A stretch of DNA of 64,000 nt from Prorocentrum cordatum. Lineage: Eukaryota. Made by a program: the position numbers and the translations under genes. Below, in pieces: positions 45,891 through 58,799 of this stretch; within the stretch, counting starts at the first letter, position 1; each line of letters opens with the position of its first letter. The stretch lies in assembly GCA_963575745.1 (NCBI GenBank), contig CAUYUJ010000003.1, positions 992,001 through 1,056,000 on the forward strand, given 5' to 3'. Under the pieces are notes generated by a model that worked only from the letters and a program-made list of their open reading frames with translations, searched no databases and had not been told where the DNA came from.

Positions 45891-48800
45891 CGTAGCCGAC
45901 GAACACGCCCACTATGAAGATCAGTCCGAAGGCGAATCGAAGTGAGCCTGCGAACTGTGCTGCCACCAGGCACGCCCCTGCCTGCGAGGAAAGCCAGCTG
46001 AAGTCTGGCAGCAGATGGGATCCTCCTGCAGCGAGGCGCGCGAAAATCAACGCAAAGGACATGGGCCGCCCCAATTCATGCACTTGAGCGCGGCATGAGC
46101 CCAGGCGGCCACGGACGGGCAAAGCTGACCAAGAGGATGAGAACACACATCGGACAATATATGTGTGTATGTCTGTGTACGTATACACATACTCGTGCGT
46201 ATGTTCAAATCTGTATGTGTAATTGCACGCACATATCCCCCATCCCCACAATCGAGAAACGTCCTCCGGGTCTGCGGAACTCTGCTCGCTGACTGCGGCA
46301 GTTTCTTCCGCAGGGCCAGCTGCGTGACTTCCGACAGCTTGGTGCACGGGCGCTTCAACCTTCAAATGGCCAGGGAGTGAATAATTCGGGCCTCTTCACG
46401 CCTTCCCTCTGCCCATGTAGCGATGTCTCGTACTGCCCACCTCTACCGTTCAGTACATTCCACATCGGCGTAACATTGAATACAGCAGGCGTTTCAGTGA
46501 TCCTGTTGCAGAACACATGCCCACAGGCCTGAGAACTCTCAGGCTTGATGTTTTGCTTCATCTTCCCGCTGCTGCTGTCGCTTCCTCCGCTCGATACCCC
46601 TCCTCCTCCTCATCTTCCCCCACCCCTCCTGCTGAAGGGCGTCACTCCCTCTGCTCAAGAGACGAATACAACTCTCATCTTCAGGAAGAGCCTTCATTGC
46701 GGCCAGCGCACGAGAGCGTGCGTGCAGTGGTCCTGCACGGCCGGCCAGGGAGGGCAAGTGCACCTTCTCCGGAATGGCGTCCTGCTCCGAGCTGGAGTCA
46801 GAGGCAGAAGGACATGATGAGCAGGGGGACAGGCACTAGGATTCAGGGACGATGAGAAGAGATCGGACAAGAGCAATCAGCTACTGCAGAAGAGATCAGA
46901 CCACAACAACCAGCTACCTTCGGAGACTCGCTCGCGGCTCAGGACATGGTACAGACGGGTAGCTTATTTCAACTCATCGGCATGTATGGGGAATTCTTGC
47001 AATCCGTGCTGGTTGAGGGGGCACATTCGAAACATGCAAAGTTCGGATGACTTCTTCATGGTTCTGCGAGCCCTGGCCCAGCTGGTTGGCTCCCTCAGAG
47101 TGTGGCCCATTCACAGTGACACGAACGCCGCGGAGCGGCTCTGCCATGTGAAGAGCGGATCGGGTCAAAGCCTCTGGGCCTCGTTAGTAGTAGCCGCGGT
47201 CTGAACGAGCGTATCCAGAGAGGAACGTTAGACTAGTAATGTACGATGACGATTCAGAAAAGAAGGTAATGGTAGCGATTAACACAATAGTTTCTGAGTC
47301 TTCGGGTTCCGCTTCGCTTCGGCTTCGTCTGGCCCTTTGACTGTCCAGGCGCGCGCCAATGAGGGCGGGAGGGAGCGACTAAACAAATGGATTCCTGGCC
47401 TGGGGCCTGCTTTTTTCTAATCATCATCCTGGGCGCCGCCGCGTGAACACGATCCCCGGTGAAATCCTGATCATCATCCTGCATGACCGTCCCCGTCGCA
47501 GCAAGCGCCGCAGTGGTAGGCAAGGAACATGTGGGCAAACCGCCCCGAAGCAAGACGGCGGCCACGCGTGGACAGGACAAGCGCGCTGTGCCTCGATGGC
47601 TCGCGTGCCAGGTCGGGCAAGGAATGCGGGCGTGATGCGCAAAATGGGCGATACATGCGCTTATCGGGGAGACGTAAGACTCGGGTTCGGGAATCGCGGG
47701 TTGGCCTTGCGGAGCCATCATGAAAATCACGAGGCCCAACCTGAGATTTGATTTGACGCGAGTTCCAGCTGCAAACAGCCCACGAAAACTGGACCCTCAA
47801 AATCCAGGACGCGCTCGTCAAAAAGTGCCGGCACACCCGAATTCCAGCGCACTCGGGTCTAAGATTTCCCCGATCTTAAAAAGGAGCAGCCCATGCTTGT
47901 TTGCTGCTCGCTTCGAACATAAGAGCCGACAGGCGCAGGCTTGCTCTTCCAGCCCACGCGGCGCTCGCCGCGCGCCTGCGAGGTCGCCCAAGCAACCACA
48001 TCGACTGGGGTGAACGCTCCAGGTGGACATCACGGCATACCAACAACATCAGCATTATGTAACAAATGTCATCGCGATGAGGACTATTTCGCCGCGTAGC
48101 CTAGGAAACTGCAACGGCCCTGCTGGATCTAGGCAACTTCTGAGGTTAGCGGCACGTGGAGGAGCCCAACGACGAGATGAACTATGCTTGCCAAAAGCCT
48201 GCCTGAACACTGTCGAAAACGATTCGCGGCAGAGTTCTTCGAAAAACAACGTTGGGCAAAATGATTGGGAGGAGAGCACGAAATGGAGCTGGAGAAGCGC
48301 AGGCACGACAAACCCGAATGCCAATTCCCAATAAACCGCTGCCGATTGCACCTCTCATTGCATTGACATCGCCACTTTCCTCTGGCAGGTTGTCTCTTCA
48401 ACGAGTTACGACCAGGACCCGCTGAGCTCGCAGAGGTTGCGTCCCTGATCCTCCCCTGCTTTCGTCTCGCCAGGAAACTTGTGCGGCAATTCGTGGGAGC
48501 CTCCCATGCCATGTTGCTCGCTGTTGCGAATCGACGCTAATCGACGCGAGTCGACTATAGATCGGGGCTACCTCAACGATTATCCGACGCTAGCGCATGC
48601 TGATGCACCGTAAGGACATAATTTCTAGGACACATAGAACTGCCATGAGTTGCTACCGAGGGAACCCTGAGTCCTTGGCTGCTGGTGCGCCCAAGAGGCC
48701 AGCGAAGCGCGGCTCGGCGAGCAGCACCGGCCTGAGAGCAGCGACGCCCGCCCCTGCCTCACCAGAGGGGCTCTCGAGGCGAGTTCTGCATTGCTGCTCG

Positions 48801-49899
48801 GCTCTCACGTTCTTTCGCCGCTCCTGGCTCTGACATCCCATCTGCAACTCCCGACACGGTGAACATGTATTTTTGTTTATGATCTTTCCGCGTCCGAAGA
48901 CTTGCATGCACACAAGAGTTCACGCAGGTGGCCCTAGCGCTCGCTCTCGGCGGGTCACCACAACCCCGCCTGTTAGCGCGCACTCTGGTGGCCCTGGCAT
49001 ACTGGACGGGTCGCCACATCCCCGTCCAGGAGAGAACAGATTCGGGCCTTACCTCTCCCGTGCTGCTCTGGTTGCCCACTCGGCCCTGTACTGGACTGCC
49101 CTGTGGCCACGCTCGATCGCCTCCTCAGGCGACGCGAAGCCATGTGACGCCAACACTCCGTCTCGCCGCGGGGCGGGGACGAGGGGGGAGGTGAGCCAAC
49201 TGCATCTGCGGCGCCTGCGGCGGCCGCCAGCCGACTTGACGACTGCAGGCCTGCCGTGACACCCAGGGCGCTAGCCCACAGCACACGGGTCTGGACCGAA
49301 GGCGGCACCAGCGCACTGAGCTGCCGCTTGCCACCTACTGGAACTATTCCCCTCGTGATGTGATGTCGTTGCGAGCCTGGGCCCTTCAACCCTTCTTGGA
49401 GCGAGCTTCGGTTTCAGTGCAGGGCTTGGCCAGCCCGCGGAAAGCATAACGCGGCTGCCAGCAGTACATGTAGCAACGAGTGCACACCAGCAAAACCTGG
49501 GACGCTTGCCCGAGCACGTGCGCTTGCATGAGGAGGTGACCGTGGACCGACCAGGGCCCGTCGAAAACCGCGGTCCCGCTGGGGAGCGGCGACGCCGCGG
49601 CCGCGGAGGAGGAGGAGGCAGACAAGCAGGGAGGAGCCTCCTGACCAGGCTGCAGCACATGGGCGTCGAAGCTAGGCAGGGACACGGCGGCCGCAAGACG
49701 CCTGCGGGCAGACGCACGGGTCCTGCAGAGCGTGCCTCACCCACTGCAGTGTCTCCCGTACTCGCACACGCCGCTGCCCCATCCGCCGCAGCCAAGGCGC
49801 CAGCGGCGGCGGCCGAGGCCCCTGGCCGACCCCCAGCCGAGGACTCTCCCCCAACAACAGGGTTCTGCTGCAGGTAGGGCTCAAGCTCGACGTCCTCAA

Positions 49900-50350
49900 G
49901 CGATTAAAAAGGCCAGGCATCACGCACCCCAGAGTTGGTGATGTGCACCTCCATCTCCGCAGCGAACCTGGCGGCGTCCCCGGCTCTGGCGAGGCCACCG
50001 TCCAGCAAGAGCATTCGGTCGTCCGCTGGCGCCTGAAGCTTGGCCCTCTCCTTGGCCCGAGCGTCCGCCAGCCCGTTGCCGTGCAGCTCCAGCATGCTGA
50101 GCTCTCCTCGCCTGACCGCTGCCTCCACACGGTACACGGTGTGCGGGGATGTGCTTGACGGCGACCCCTTCAGCAACGTCAGTCACTCTGGACCGAAGGT
50201 GCGCATTGAGGGTTAAGGAACCACTGGAATCGGAATCTAGGGTCTGGAAGCCGGTGAAACACCAACTGCGGCTTGGCCATGAGTATCACTGCCGACCTCA
50301 TCAGATCAGGAATTCTCCAGGGTCTAAAGCCTCCTGGGCATAATCCTTAA
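49900..50350 (-). pseudogene. Isolated RNase H C-terminal fragment, probably from a non-LTR retroelement
   Basis: VAVKHIPAH (ORF 49920..50186) plus HGNGLADARAK (ORF 49904..50176), frameshifted. Confidence 0.6.
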
Positions 50351-50900
50351 TGAACACCCCCACCGTAGCTCCCCGAGCTCATGGGGCCCGACAGTAAGCC
50401 CAAACACAAGTCAAAGCATGACTTCCTTGACCCCTAAGGCGCCTCAGTGCCGATGCGGCCAGGGGACGAGGCTGCACATGGCGCGATCAATATAAGAGTG
50501 GCTGCTCTGCGGCGGCATCACATCACTGGAGTAATACGCACACGCAACTCTTACCCACCTGCGTGGCGTTGCCAGCAACCCCCTGTCGATCTCTACCGGC
50601 ACATGGTAACGTACATTGCACAACGCCCTGTGAATTTGAGATCCAGCTGGCATCGGAACCTCTGGACATGGACGGCAGCCAAAGCGAGCCGTGCAAAATG
50701 AAAAGCCTATGCTGAAAACGCCACCTCTAGGGAGTATCAGCAGAGGGAGGAGGGGGCAGGAACCAGGAGGAGCACAAACACACGCACACACACAAACACA
50801 CACACACACACGCACACGCACACACACTTCCTCCGGCGCGCCAAAGGGACCAGTCAGCGGAAAACCTAGCAGTGGGGAGGCCAGCGACCAGAATCACATC

Positions 50901-51600
50901 AGCCCTCTGGGCGTAGGTGGTTCAACGGCTTAGTTATTACAACCTCCTCCTTCTCCTTCGGGAGAGGTTTACTTCTCTCCCATACCCCCTCTCTCTGGGT
51001 CTGGGCTCCAACACGCCGAGGAGGCCTCAAAACACCCAAGAAAGCCTCAAGACGGCCCAGGAAGCCTCCAAAACGCCCCGAGGGAACTAACTCCAGCAGG
51101 ACCACCGAGCGGAACCTAAGATGCCACAATCTTCCCAATTCCATCGGGACATGCTCATGTTTAGCATATACGCCCTGTTGGTTTCAACAGCGTCCAGAAT
51201 GGCCCGAGAGGGCCCAAAGGTCGCACCAAGACGGCCCAAGAGGCCCCCAAGAGGGGCCCAAGACGGCCCCGAGACTGTCCAAGAGGCGCCAAAAACGACC
51301 CAAGAGGGTCCCAAGAAGGCCACAAGGAGGCCCCAAGAGGGAAAGTCGAACTGAAATTGCGAGCCCTCCGCCCCAAGAGGAGACCTGGAACCGCCAGCAT
51401 ACGCCCAATAGGCCACCAAGAAGCTCCAAGAGGCCCCCAAGAGGCCCATCAGAGGCTCCGAGAGGCCCCCAAACGGTCCCGAAGAGGCCTCAGAACTGCC
51501 TCCAAGAGGCTCCCCAGAGGCGTCCCGAGAGAACCTCCGTGGCGCCCAAGGAGCCTACGACCCACAGGCCAGGCACGGTGGCGGGATGCGCCGAGGGCCT
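50901..51600 (+). mobile_element. Diverged relative of the 0.9-kb CCAAGA-rich element
   Basis: Begins agccctctgggcgt.ggtggtt..ccttcggg..agg like 5608 onward, followed by ccaaga units. Confidence 0.65.
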
Positions 51601-54600
51601 TCTGGGCTGCCGACAAAAGCTTCAAGCAGGCTCAAAGGAATGGCGAAACGTTGACTCCCTGATAACAACAGAAAATCTGATTGAGAGACTTATCACTTAA
51701 GAAATCTGGGACAGCTTGCCGGAAGTTTCTGAAGACAAGCCCACATGTTCGGTTTAACGCTGGAGGGGCGAACGCGCTCTAGAAACTAGGCCAGCTTTCA
51801 GGCAAGTTGGTTAAGAAACGCTGGCCCAGCTTTTCGGGAGGTTTCTTAATCAGACGCTCGAATGTACCTCTTCTGGAGGTCGGCGGAATGGTAGAAGCCT
51901 CTTGCATCAATGTGTGTTCCCTGCTCGCCTTTGCGCTTCCGATGGTCCCCTGACACCTCGAACACACGGCTCCAAGAGCTCCAAGACAGCCCCAAGAGCG
52001 CCCCAAGATGCGCCCCAAGATGAAATGTGTCTGCCTCCGACGGGGGGTCTTAATTGCTGACCCCTTCTCTAACCGATGGCCTGGAAGGTGGCCCCAAGAG
52101 TCTCCAAGACCCCCACGAGGGCCTGATCCCAACCTTCGGGTTGACGATTGTCCCCCCTCTTTGTTCCACGGCATGCTCCCTGATCAATGCAACTCACCCA
52201 GGCATCGTTGCCAGATGGGCCGTGGGTGCACTTTTTTTTACAGCCGCAGGCGGAAGCGACCGGCGGCGAGGGGTGCCGTGGGTGCACGCGAAGCGTCAAG
52301 AACCTGATTATTTGTGACGTGCGCGGCAGGACTGACACTCTCGAAAGCGCACAGTGGCGAAGCCGCAGCAGAAGGACCAAACCTTCCTCATCGCACGCAA
52401 TGCTGCGGAGACGGCCCTGTAGCTCGCGCGCGTGCCGTTCGAATCACGAGCCCGGTGAAAAGAGAACGAGAAACAGAACCGCAACCCCAATCGAGAGGGG
52501 GGAAGGCCGATGCAGCACTGTGCAGCGCTGTACCGCCCGGACCGAAGCAGCGACACCAGAGTGCCGCAGCATATCACCAGCTGGGACGTCAACTGCACGT
52601 GACGTCTGGCCATCCCCTAACACCAGGTGGTGCAGGACAGGGAAACTGAACGCCGAGATAGCAGAGGCGGGAACAACGGCGGAGGCAGGGAATAATATAA
52701 TGAAGCGCAAGTAGTACACCGGAGAGCATCAGGGCCCCCTGAACGGGGGGCATAACCAGCTAGGGAGCTCTGGCTTCTCCATATGCCCCCGACTGTGGAG
52801 CCCTGGGCTTCCTGAACAAGAGCACGACCAAACGTTGAGATCGGCATTCCCCGTGCCCCCGATACCTGTGGCCCTGTCCCCGGCGCCCTTGGAGCACCAA
52901 CCGCCGACACGACCGGGGAGGCCACGAGGCGAGGCGACGCGTCGGGGGGGGGGCCACCGCCGAGCGGCGCCGAGTGGCGCCAATCGGTCGAGCGGCCGTG
53001 GCGCAGAGACCGGGCGGGCAGGCAAGAAGGGGCCCCGACAAGCTGGCAGGCGGGCACGGGGAGAGAGGGGGGCGAAAGGAAACACAGAGCGCTTGTCGCT
53101 CGCTGGGAGGAGGAAGGCGCGCGACCACTGAACCTCACCTGACTCGGCCTCGACCGCTGTGCGAAGGAGGGCCGACCTGCGCTAGCTAAGCAAACTCAGG
53201 CAATGAACCGTGGCCTGAAAGGGGAACGAGCATGCTGCTTGCGTTCGCCCGCCCTGCCCGCCCTGCCAAATGCCTCCCTCCTCTCCTCCTCGCGAAAGGG
53301 AAGATGCAGATCGCAGAAGAGGGCGCAAGGAGGCGCCACCAGCAGGCCAGGAGAGGGCGGGCGATGGCGACTGACGGCCAGAGGACCGAAACCGAGCAGG
53401 CGCGGAAGAGAAGGGCAGATGGCCGGTCGAAAAGAGGACGTGCGAGACGGAGTGGCGGCTGGGCAGCCTGGCGGCACCCGCCGCGGCCAGCAGCGGTAAG
53501 CTGCACCACGATACCAGGCGGGCCATGCCAGGTGAGCGTAGCGACAAACGCCAGACGGCCAAGGGGCACGGCAGAAGGGAAGGGGCCAGAGAGCACACAC
53601 ACACACACGCACACACACGCACGCACACTTTGTTCCAACGAGGCACACACACTCTCACGTTCAAGAAACACGCGCACTCGCACACAGAAGCACACACACA
53701 AACACTCAACGTCTGCAGCGTGGTGCGCAGCAACCACTTCCGAGGCCTCCAAAGATTGAACCGGGATGCGGCAAGATGAAACTGGCCGTAAATGATCTCA
53801 TTTCGAGCCAGGGGTCCATGCACCTCGGGAGCATGCGCCATGGAGAGGGGGGCGGAGCATGAGACATGCACAGCACGGAACAGCAGCAGCACTGCCCGGG
53901 TCACAGCCGATCTGGAGCAAAGGAGGCGAGGGGCAAGGGCATCAGCAGGAAGATTTGCCTCTTGTGCTAAAACAAATATGCTTGAGCAGCGGAAGAAAAG
54001 CTGACTCGCTCAGAACAGGCGCCGAATGCACGGCCCTGCCACGCGGTCAACTTCGGCGGCCCAGGGCAGCACCCTTGGAGTCTTCTCGTCACCCCCGCCG
54101 AACAGAAGGAGGCCCAGCGCCACCCAATCGCAGTATAGGCGGCCTCAAGAAGGACGGGGTGGGTCACCCCGAGAGGGCACACGCTGGAAGGAAGCAAGAT
54201 GCCAACTCCACCTCAGGTTCGAGCGCCCGCATAGCAACGGTGCAGAGAAACCACCACGGCCACAAATGGCCGATAGATGCCAACGACAGCGAGTGGCGAG
54301 GCCGAGGACAAGTGTACCTCGGACCAGCTTTCACGAGACTGTGATCAACGTCATCGTCAGCACTGCGTACAAACAGACGACGCGCGACAACAAGCCAGAA
54401 GGGGTCATCACTGACGACTGCAGCCGCGCAGGTCGCGCACACGCGCAACACACCGTGTATACCTCTCTCTCTCACTCACTCTTCTGCTCGAACGTGAGAA
54501 ACGCACGTCACCCGTCGCTGCGTTTCGGGAGAACAACAACAATCAAATAATCCAACCTCGTACCGTAAGGGGCACAAGCCAATCATAGACACACATAGAC

Positions 54601-55875
54601 AGGCAGAACAACACATACCAAAACACCAGAGCAGAGTACTGGCACCCAGAGCAGGCAATACAGCACCACGCGACAACGCACTTGCTGGTGAGGCGGCCCC
54701 AAGAAATCACACACTGACAATTTTTGCCGGCGGGCCTACGAACTCATCCCCCGGGTTTGCACACAAAGACGGCCGCCCAGGGCGAGGGCAAAAGGCTGAG
54801 CCGCGGGCGAGCGCGCCGACGAGTCAGGGAAGGGAGCAGCGGATGGGCGGATGTGGGCAGTACATTGGAGGCCTGCCCATGAGCACTAACACAAAAACTA
54901 AGGGTTGCCTCCACAAGGGCAAGATTGTCCTAGATGTTGGTGCTGGTGGCAATCTGTCGGTCACCCAGGGAGCACGAACATGATTACCATCACCGAGATC
55001 GGGGTCATCTTCCCTCGGTGGAGGCACACCGCCGAAATTGGTGATGGTGTCAACCTCTAGGCAGCGGGGGCCCAGGGGCCAGCGCCAAGGAAAGCGCAAG
55101 GCACCGACCAGCGGCGGCTGAGTTCGAGAGACGGTTGGTGAGAGGAAGGCAAGAGAGAGGAGAGAAACGGATGGGCAGAGAGGCAAGAGGAGTGCGGGCA
55201 CCACTCGGCCTGGACACTCAGAAGGCCGATGTCGGGACAAAGCACGCCGACCCGCACCCAAAGACAACGAGGGCGCGGCTGAGGCAGGGTGTTGTGCAAC
55301 CCGGAGGGAAGGTAGGCAGAACAGGTAATTTGGGCGACCCAGCAATGGGCGGCTCAACTAACGACGAGGGGCGGCCCGCGAGAGCGGCCCGCCAACGACC
55401 GCGCGGCGGCGACAACACGCCAATTGAAGGGGGACGGCCGGCGAAAGCCAAACAAACGACCCGTGAAAAGCCGAGATCGGCGCCAGGAGCGCAGGCCCAT
55501 GCCGACAAGAGATGCACACCGCTGCGCTGCAAAAGCGGACCCGGCACAGGAGACACATGCGAGCGAGCACGTTCGCAGATGGGCACACGTTCGTACCGAC
55601 CACAAGACGCACTTAGGCACATGTGTCCGCGCCGTTTGTTTTCGACGCGCCCAAATGGGCAACGCCGACACCACGGCAAACCCACGGTCAACCCACGGTG
55701 AGCCCTGCGGTCGAGGCGGTGTTTGCCCTGCTGGCCGAAGCACCCTTCCGACGACGCAAAACCGCGCGTCGGAACAAACGGGGCAGCGACACGCAAACAC
55801 ACGCACACACACACACACACCACACACACACACGCATTAATAGACACAGACATGTACACATACACATACATATAC

Positions 55876-55948
55876 TGGATGAGTCTGTTCTCCACTAAGC
55901 CAAAACCGCTTGATGCACATGGCCACGGAGGACTGACCTGCATATCCA
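55876..55948 (-). repeat. 3' LTR (73 bp, TGGAT...ATCCA)
   Basis: 66/73 identical to 62137-62209; short purine run gggaggg just upstream on the - strand (PPT candidate). Confidence 0.9.
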
Positions 55949-56149
55949 AACAGCCCTCCCGGCGGCCGGCACCTCTCGCGCGCCTGGCAGCCGCTCGCTC
56001 CGGTAGTCCTTACTACCCGAAGCCTCGCTCTCAAAATGGTCGACCAGCTGTGCCGGCTGGGCTCGCCAGGCCCAGGATCTCAAAACGGTAGCGGGGCATG
56101 GCGATCCACGGGGAAACTGGCTCAAGCCGTGGACCCCAGCGCCGCCTTC

Positions 56150-57790
56150 AGGGCCAACCTGCTCGACCCCGTCATTCTGACGAGGCCCAGGCTGGCGGGG
56201 AATCTGGCGATCAACGTCGCCTCGACATGCTTGGCGCCCAGGTCCGCACTGTTGGCGGCGCCTGGCACCTTCCTGATCTTCACAAGGCCACGCTGCACAG
56301 AGGGGCGCACGCAGATGGCGGATGCGTCCTACGCCGCGCCGCTCCGCGATACCTTTGCCCGCGGCGGCGTCGCAGCGCAGCTCCACGTCGACGTTGCCGT
56401 AGCCGCAGTCCTCCAGCAGGGCGCGGAAGCCAAGCCCCGCCGTGGCCCCCATGACTTGGGCGTGGAACTCGGCCTCCCCCGTCGAGAGGCTTTGTACCTG
56501 TTGGGTCGTCGAAGACGACTTGATCCAGCGCGGGCAGTACAGCGCACTCATAGCCGAGGTGGACTTCCTCGTCCGCGTGCAGCCCGCGAAATCACTGTCC
56601 GTGAAGATGCTCAGCTTCTTCGGCGGCGGCTGCCTGGCGCACGTCGCCACCGGCCGGGGCCCCCAGCAGGTAGCGCCCCATCCTCTCGAGCGCCTCCCAG
56701 CCTCCCAACGTCGGCGCCTGCATCACGCGCGCCGCCTCCTTCGAGCTGAACTGCAGGTCGGGCCTGTCCAGCGCGAGGTAGGCCAGCCTCGCGCACGCGG
56801 ACCTGTACATCTCGCGCTCGCGCCCCTTCAGCCCCTCGCCGCCCAGCGCGTCCTTCTCGACGCCAGGCGCGCTGACGGGCTTACTCTTGCCGTCGTTCCC
56901 GAGCTGCGCCAGCGCGATCTCCACATGTCGAGGGTCCGCCTCGTACTCGATGCGGTCGGGCGAGACCCCGTCGCCTGGCACCCAACGCAAGATGCGGTTG
57001 AGCACCACGATCTCCTTCGCGTCGCCCTCGCTCGCTTCCGGGCCCAGGATGCCGCGGCACTTGACGATCAACTGCTTGCCCGGGCCTGCCTCGAAGTCCC
57101 TCGCCTCCGAGCGGCCGCCGAAGGCGACGAAGTCGTCGCCGTGGCGCCACGCCACCAGCGACCCCATCCTGTAGACGCATTGGCCGAACTGCCCCTGCCG
57201 CGCCCCGAGCTCCCCCATGACCTCCTCCACCTTCAGGTCGAAAGCCGCGCCGGCATCCCACAGCCCGCGCACGGCCTTCAGCAGGAGCCAGCGCTCGTCC
57301 TCCCCGCACTTCTCGTCCTCTGCCGGCACCTTCAGGTAGACGCGCCGCAAGAGCTCCGAGTGCAGGTGGGCCCTGGATATGTCCAGGAACATGAGGACCA
57401 TGCCCTGCGAGGCTCTGCGCGACATGGCCAGGGAGAGCAGCGGCCGCAGCCCCTCGAGCGGCGGCGTGGCCGCGAAGGTCTGCGCCGCATCCTCTGGGCC
57501 CAGCGCGCTGAGCCTCCGCGTCTCCTTCGCGACGAGCCTGCTGCGGATCTCCGGCCCGAGCTCGTCGCCCTTGTTCATGCCGATCCAGCCGCTGGGCAGC
57601 GGCCGAGTCCCTGTGGGCTCACGACACTCGCTCGTCGGCACCCGCCGGAAGACGCCCGGCCTCTCCATGTAGGCCATCTCCTTAGCTCGCGCCGCGCGCA
57701 CAATCTTCGGGCCCAGCCGCGCGCCCGAGATGCCATCGAAGAGCTCCTCGAGCTCCTCCGGCGTCGCCGCCTCGATGGCCTCCGGCTCCT
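56150..57790 (-). pseudogene. Copia RT + RNase H
   Basis: RSRLVAKE, FAATPPLE, FLDISRAH, WRHGDDF, DRPDLQF; TDSDFAGC..RKSTS, LSTGEAE, GVGRIRHL, NSADLGAK. Confidence 0.93.
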
Positions 57791-57859
57791 CGATCGCCGC
57801 GCCGACCATGAACGCGTGGATCCCGCGCCCGATCTCCAGCTGCTCACGCATGCCAGACA

Positions 57860-58480
57860 GGATGGCCTTGACCAGCGGGATCGGGTACCGCGCGGCCGCC
57901 TAGCTCCTGCCTCCGACCAGGTGCACGTGCTGGTGGTCCTTGGCGCGCAGGACCCCCGCGCGCTTCGCAATGGCCGGGCTGTTCGTCATCCAGCCCGTCG
58001 CCTTCGCCACCGGCCCGGCGACCCCGTCTGGCCCCTTCGAGGTCTGCCCGAAGCCACACTGGTGGCCCTTCGCCACCATGATGCCCTCCAGCAGCCGCAC
58101 CTTCTCTTCGATCTTGAGGTGCCAGCTCCAGGCCGTCCACGGGTGCTCGCACACGAAGAACCGGCCCTCGCGCTGCTGGAGTGCGCAGATCTCCATGACG
58201 AGCTCGAGGTAGACGACGCAGCGCTTCAGCAGCGCCTGGCACTGCTCCTCATCGCGCACCTTCTCGCCCATCTTCAGGATCAGCGAGAATGGCGTGCACG
58301 CGGGGCTCGCCACCACGAACATGGGCTTGCTCTCCGTGATCTCCTGCATCGCCAACTCGCGCTGGCTCTTGTCGTCGAAGTCCCAGCCGGTCCGCAGGTC
58401 CATGGCGATCCCCGGCTTCAGGTCGAAGCGCGGCGCCAGCCTGCAGAACTCGCCCGGGTTGAACACCTCCGCGATGACAC
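57860..58480 (-). pseudogene. C5 cytosine DNA methyltransferase-like domain in copia pol
   Basis: IAEVFNPG (motif I-like), MDLRTGWDF, VVASPACTPFS (motif IV, catalytic Cys region), FVCEHP (VI), HQCGFG..KATGW (VIII-like), AARYP after the stop at 57900. Confidence 0.8.
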
Positions 58481-58799
58481 CCTCGAAGGCTCCCAACTGC
58501 ATCAGCAAGGCGCCTTTCTGTCTGGCGTCCGCGACCGTCAGCTGGGCCGCCTCCGCGCCCCGTGGGGCCGCCACTGCCGCGGCGCCGCCTGGCCCTGAGG
58601 CAGCGCTCGGGGCGGACTCGGCGCTGCAGCCTGACTCGGAGCCGGCTGCGCTGGCTCCTGGCGGCGGGCTGCCTCTCGCCCTCTTGGCCTCAGGGGCCGC
58701 CTGGTCCTCCGCCGAGGGGGGGCCCTCGTGGCCCTCGCGCTCTCGACTCGCTGGCTCGGATCCATGTCCTATGCCATCGCCTCCTCAACGCGCTTCCGG

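Larger units (their letters stand above)
39852..46158 (-). mobile_element. Tyrosine-recombinase retrotransposon (DIRS order, PAT/Ngaro-type split direct repeats), full-length but decayed
   Basis: A1 46079-46158, B1 40100-40219, A2 40021-40098, B2 39852-39971; gag-like ORF, RT/RNase H, YR and an MTase-like relic lie between A1 and B1. Confidence 0.9.
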
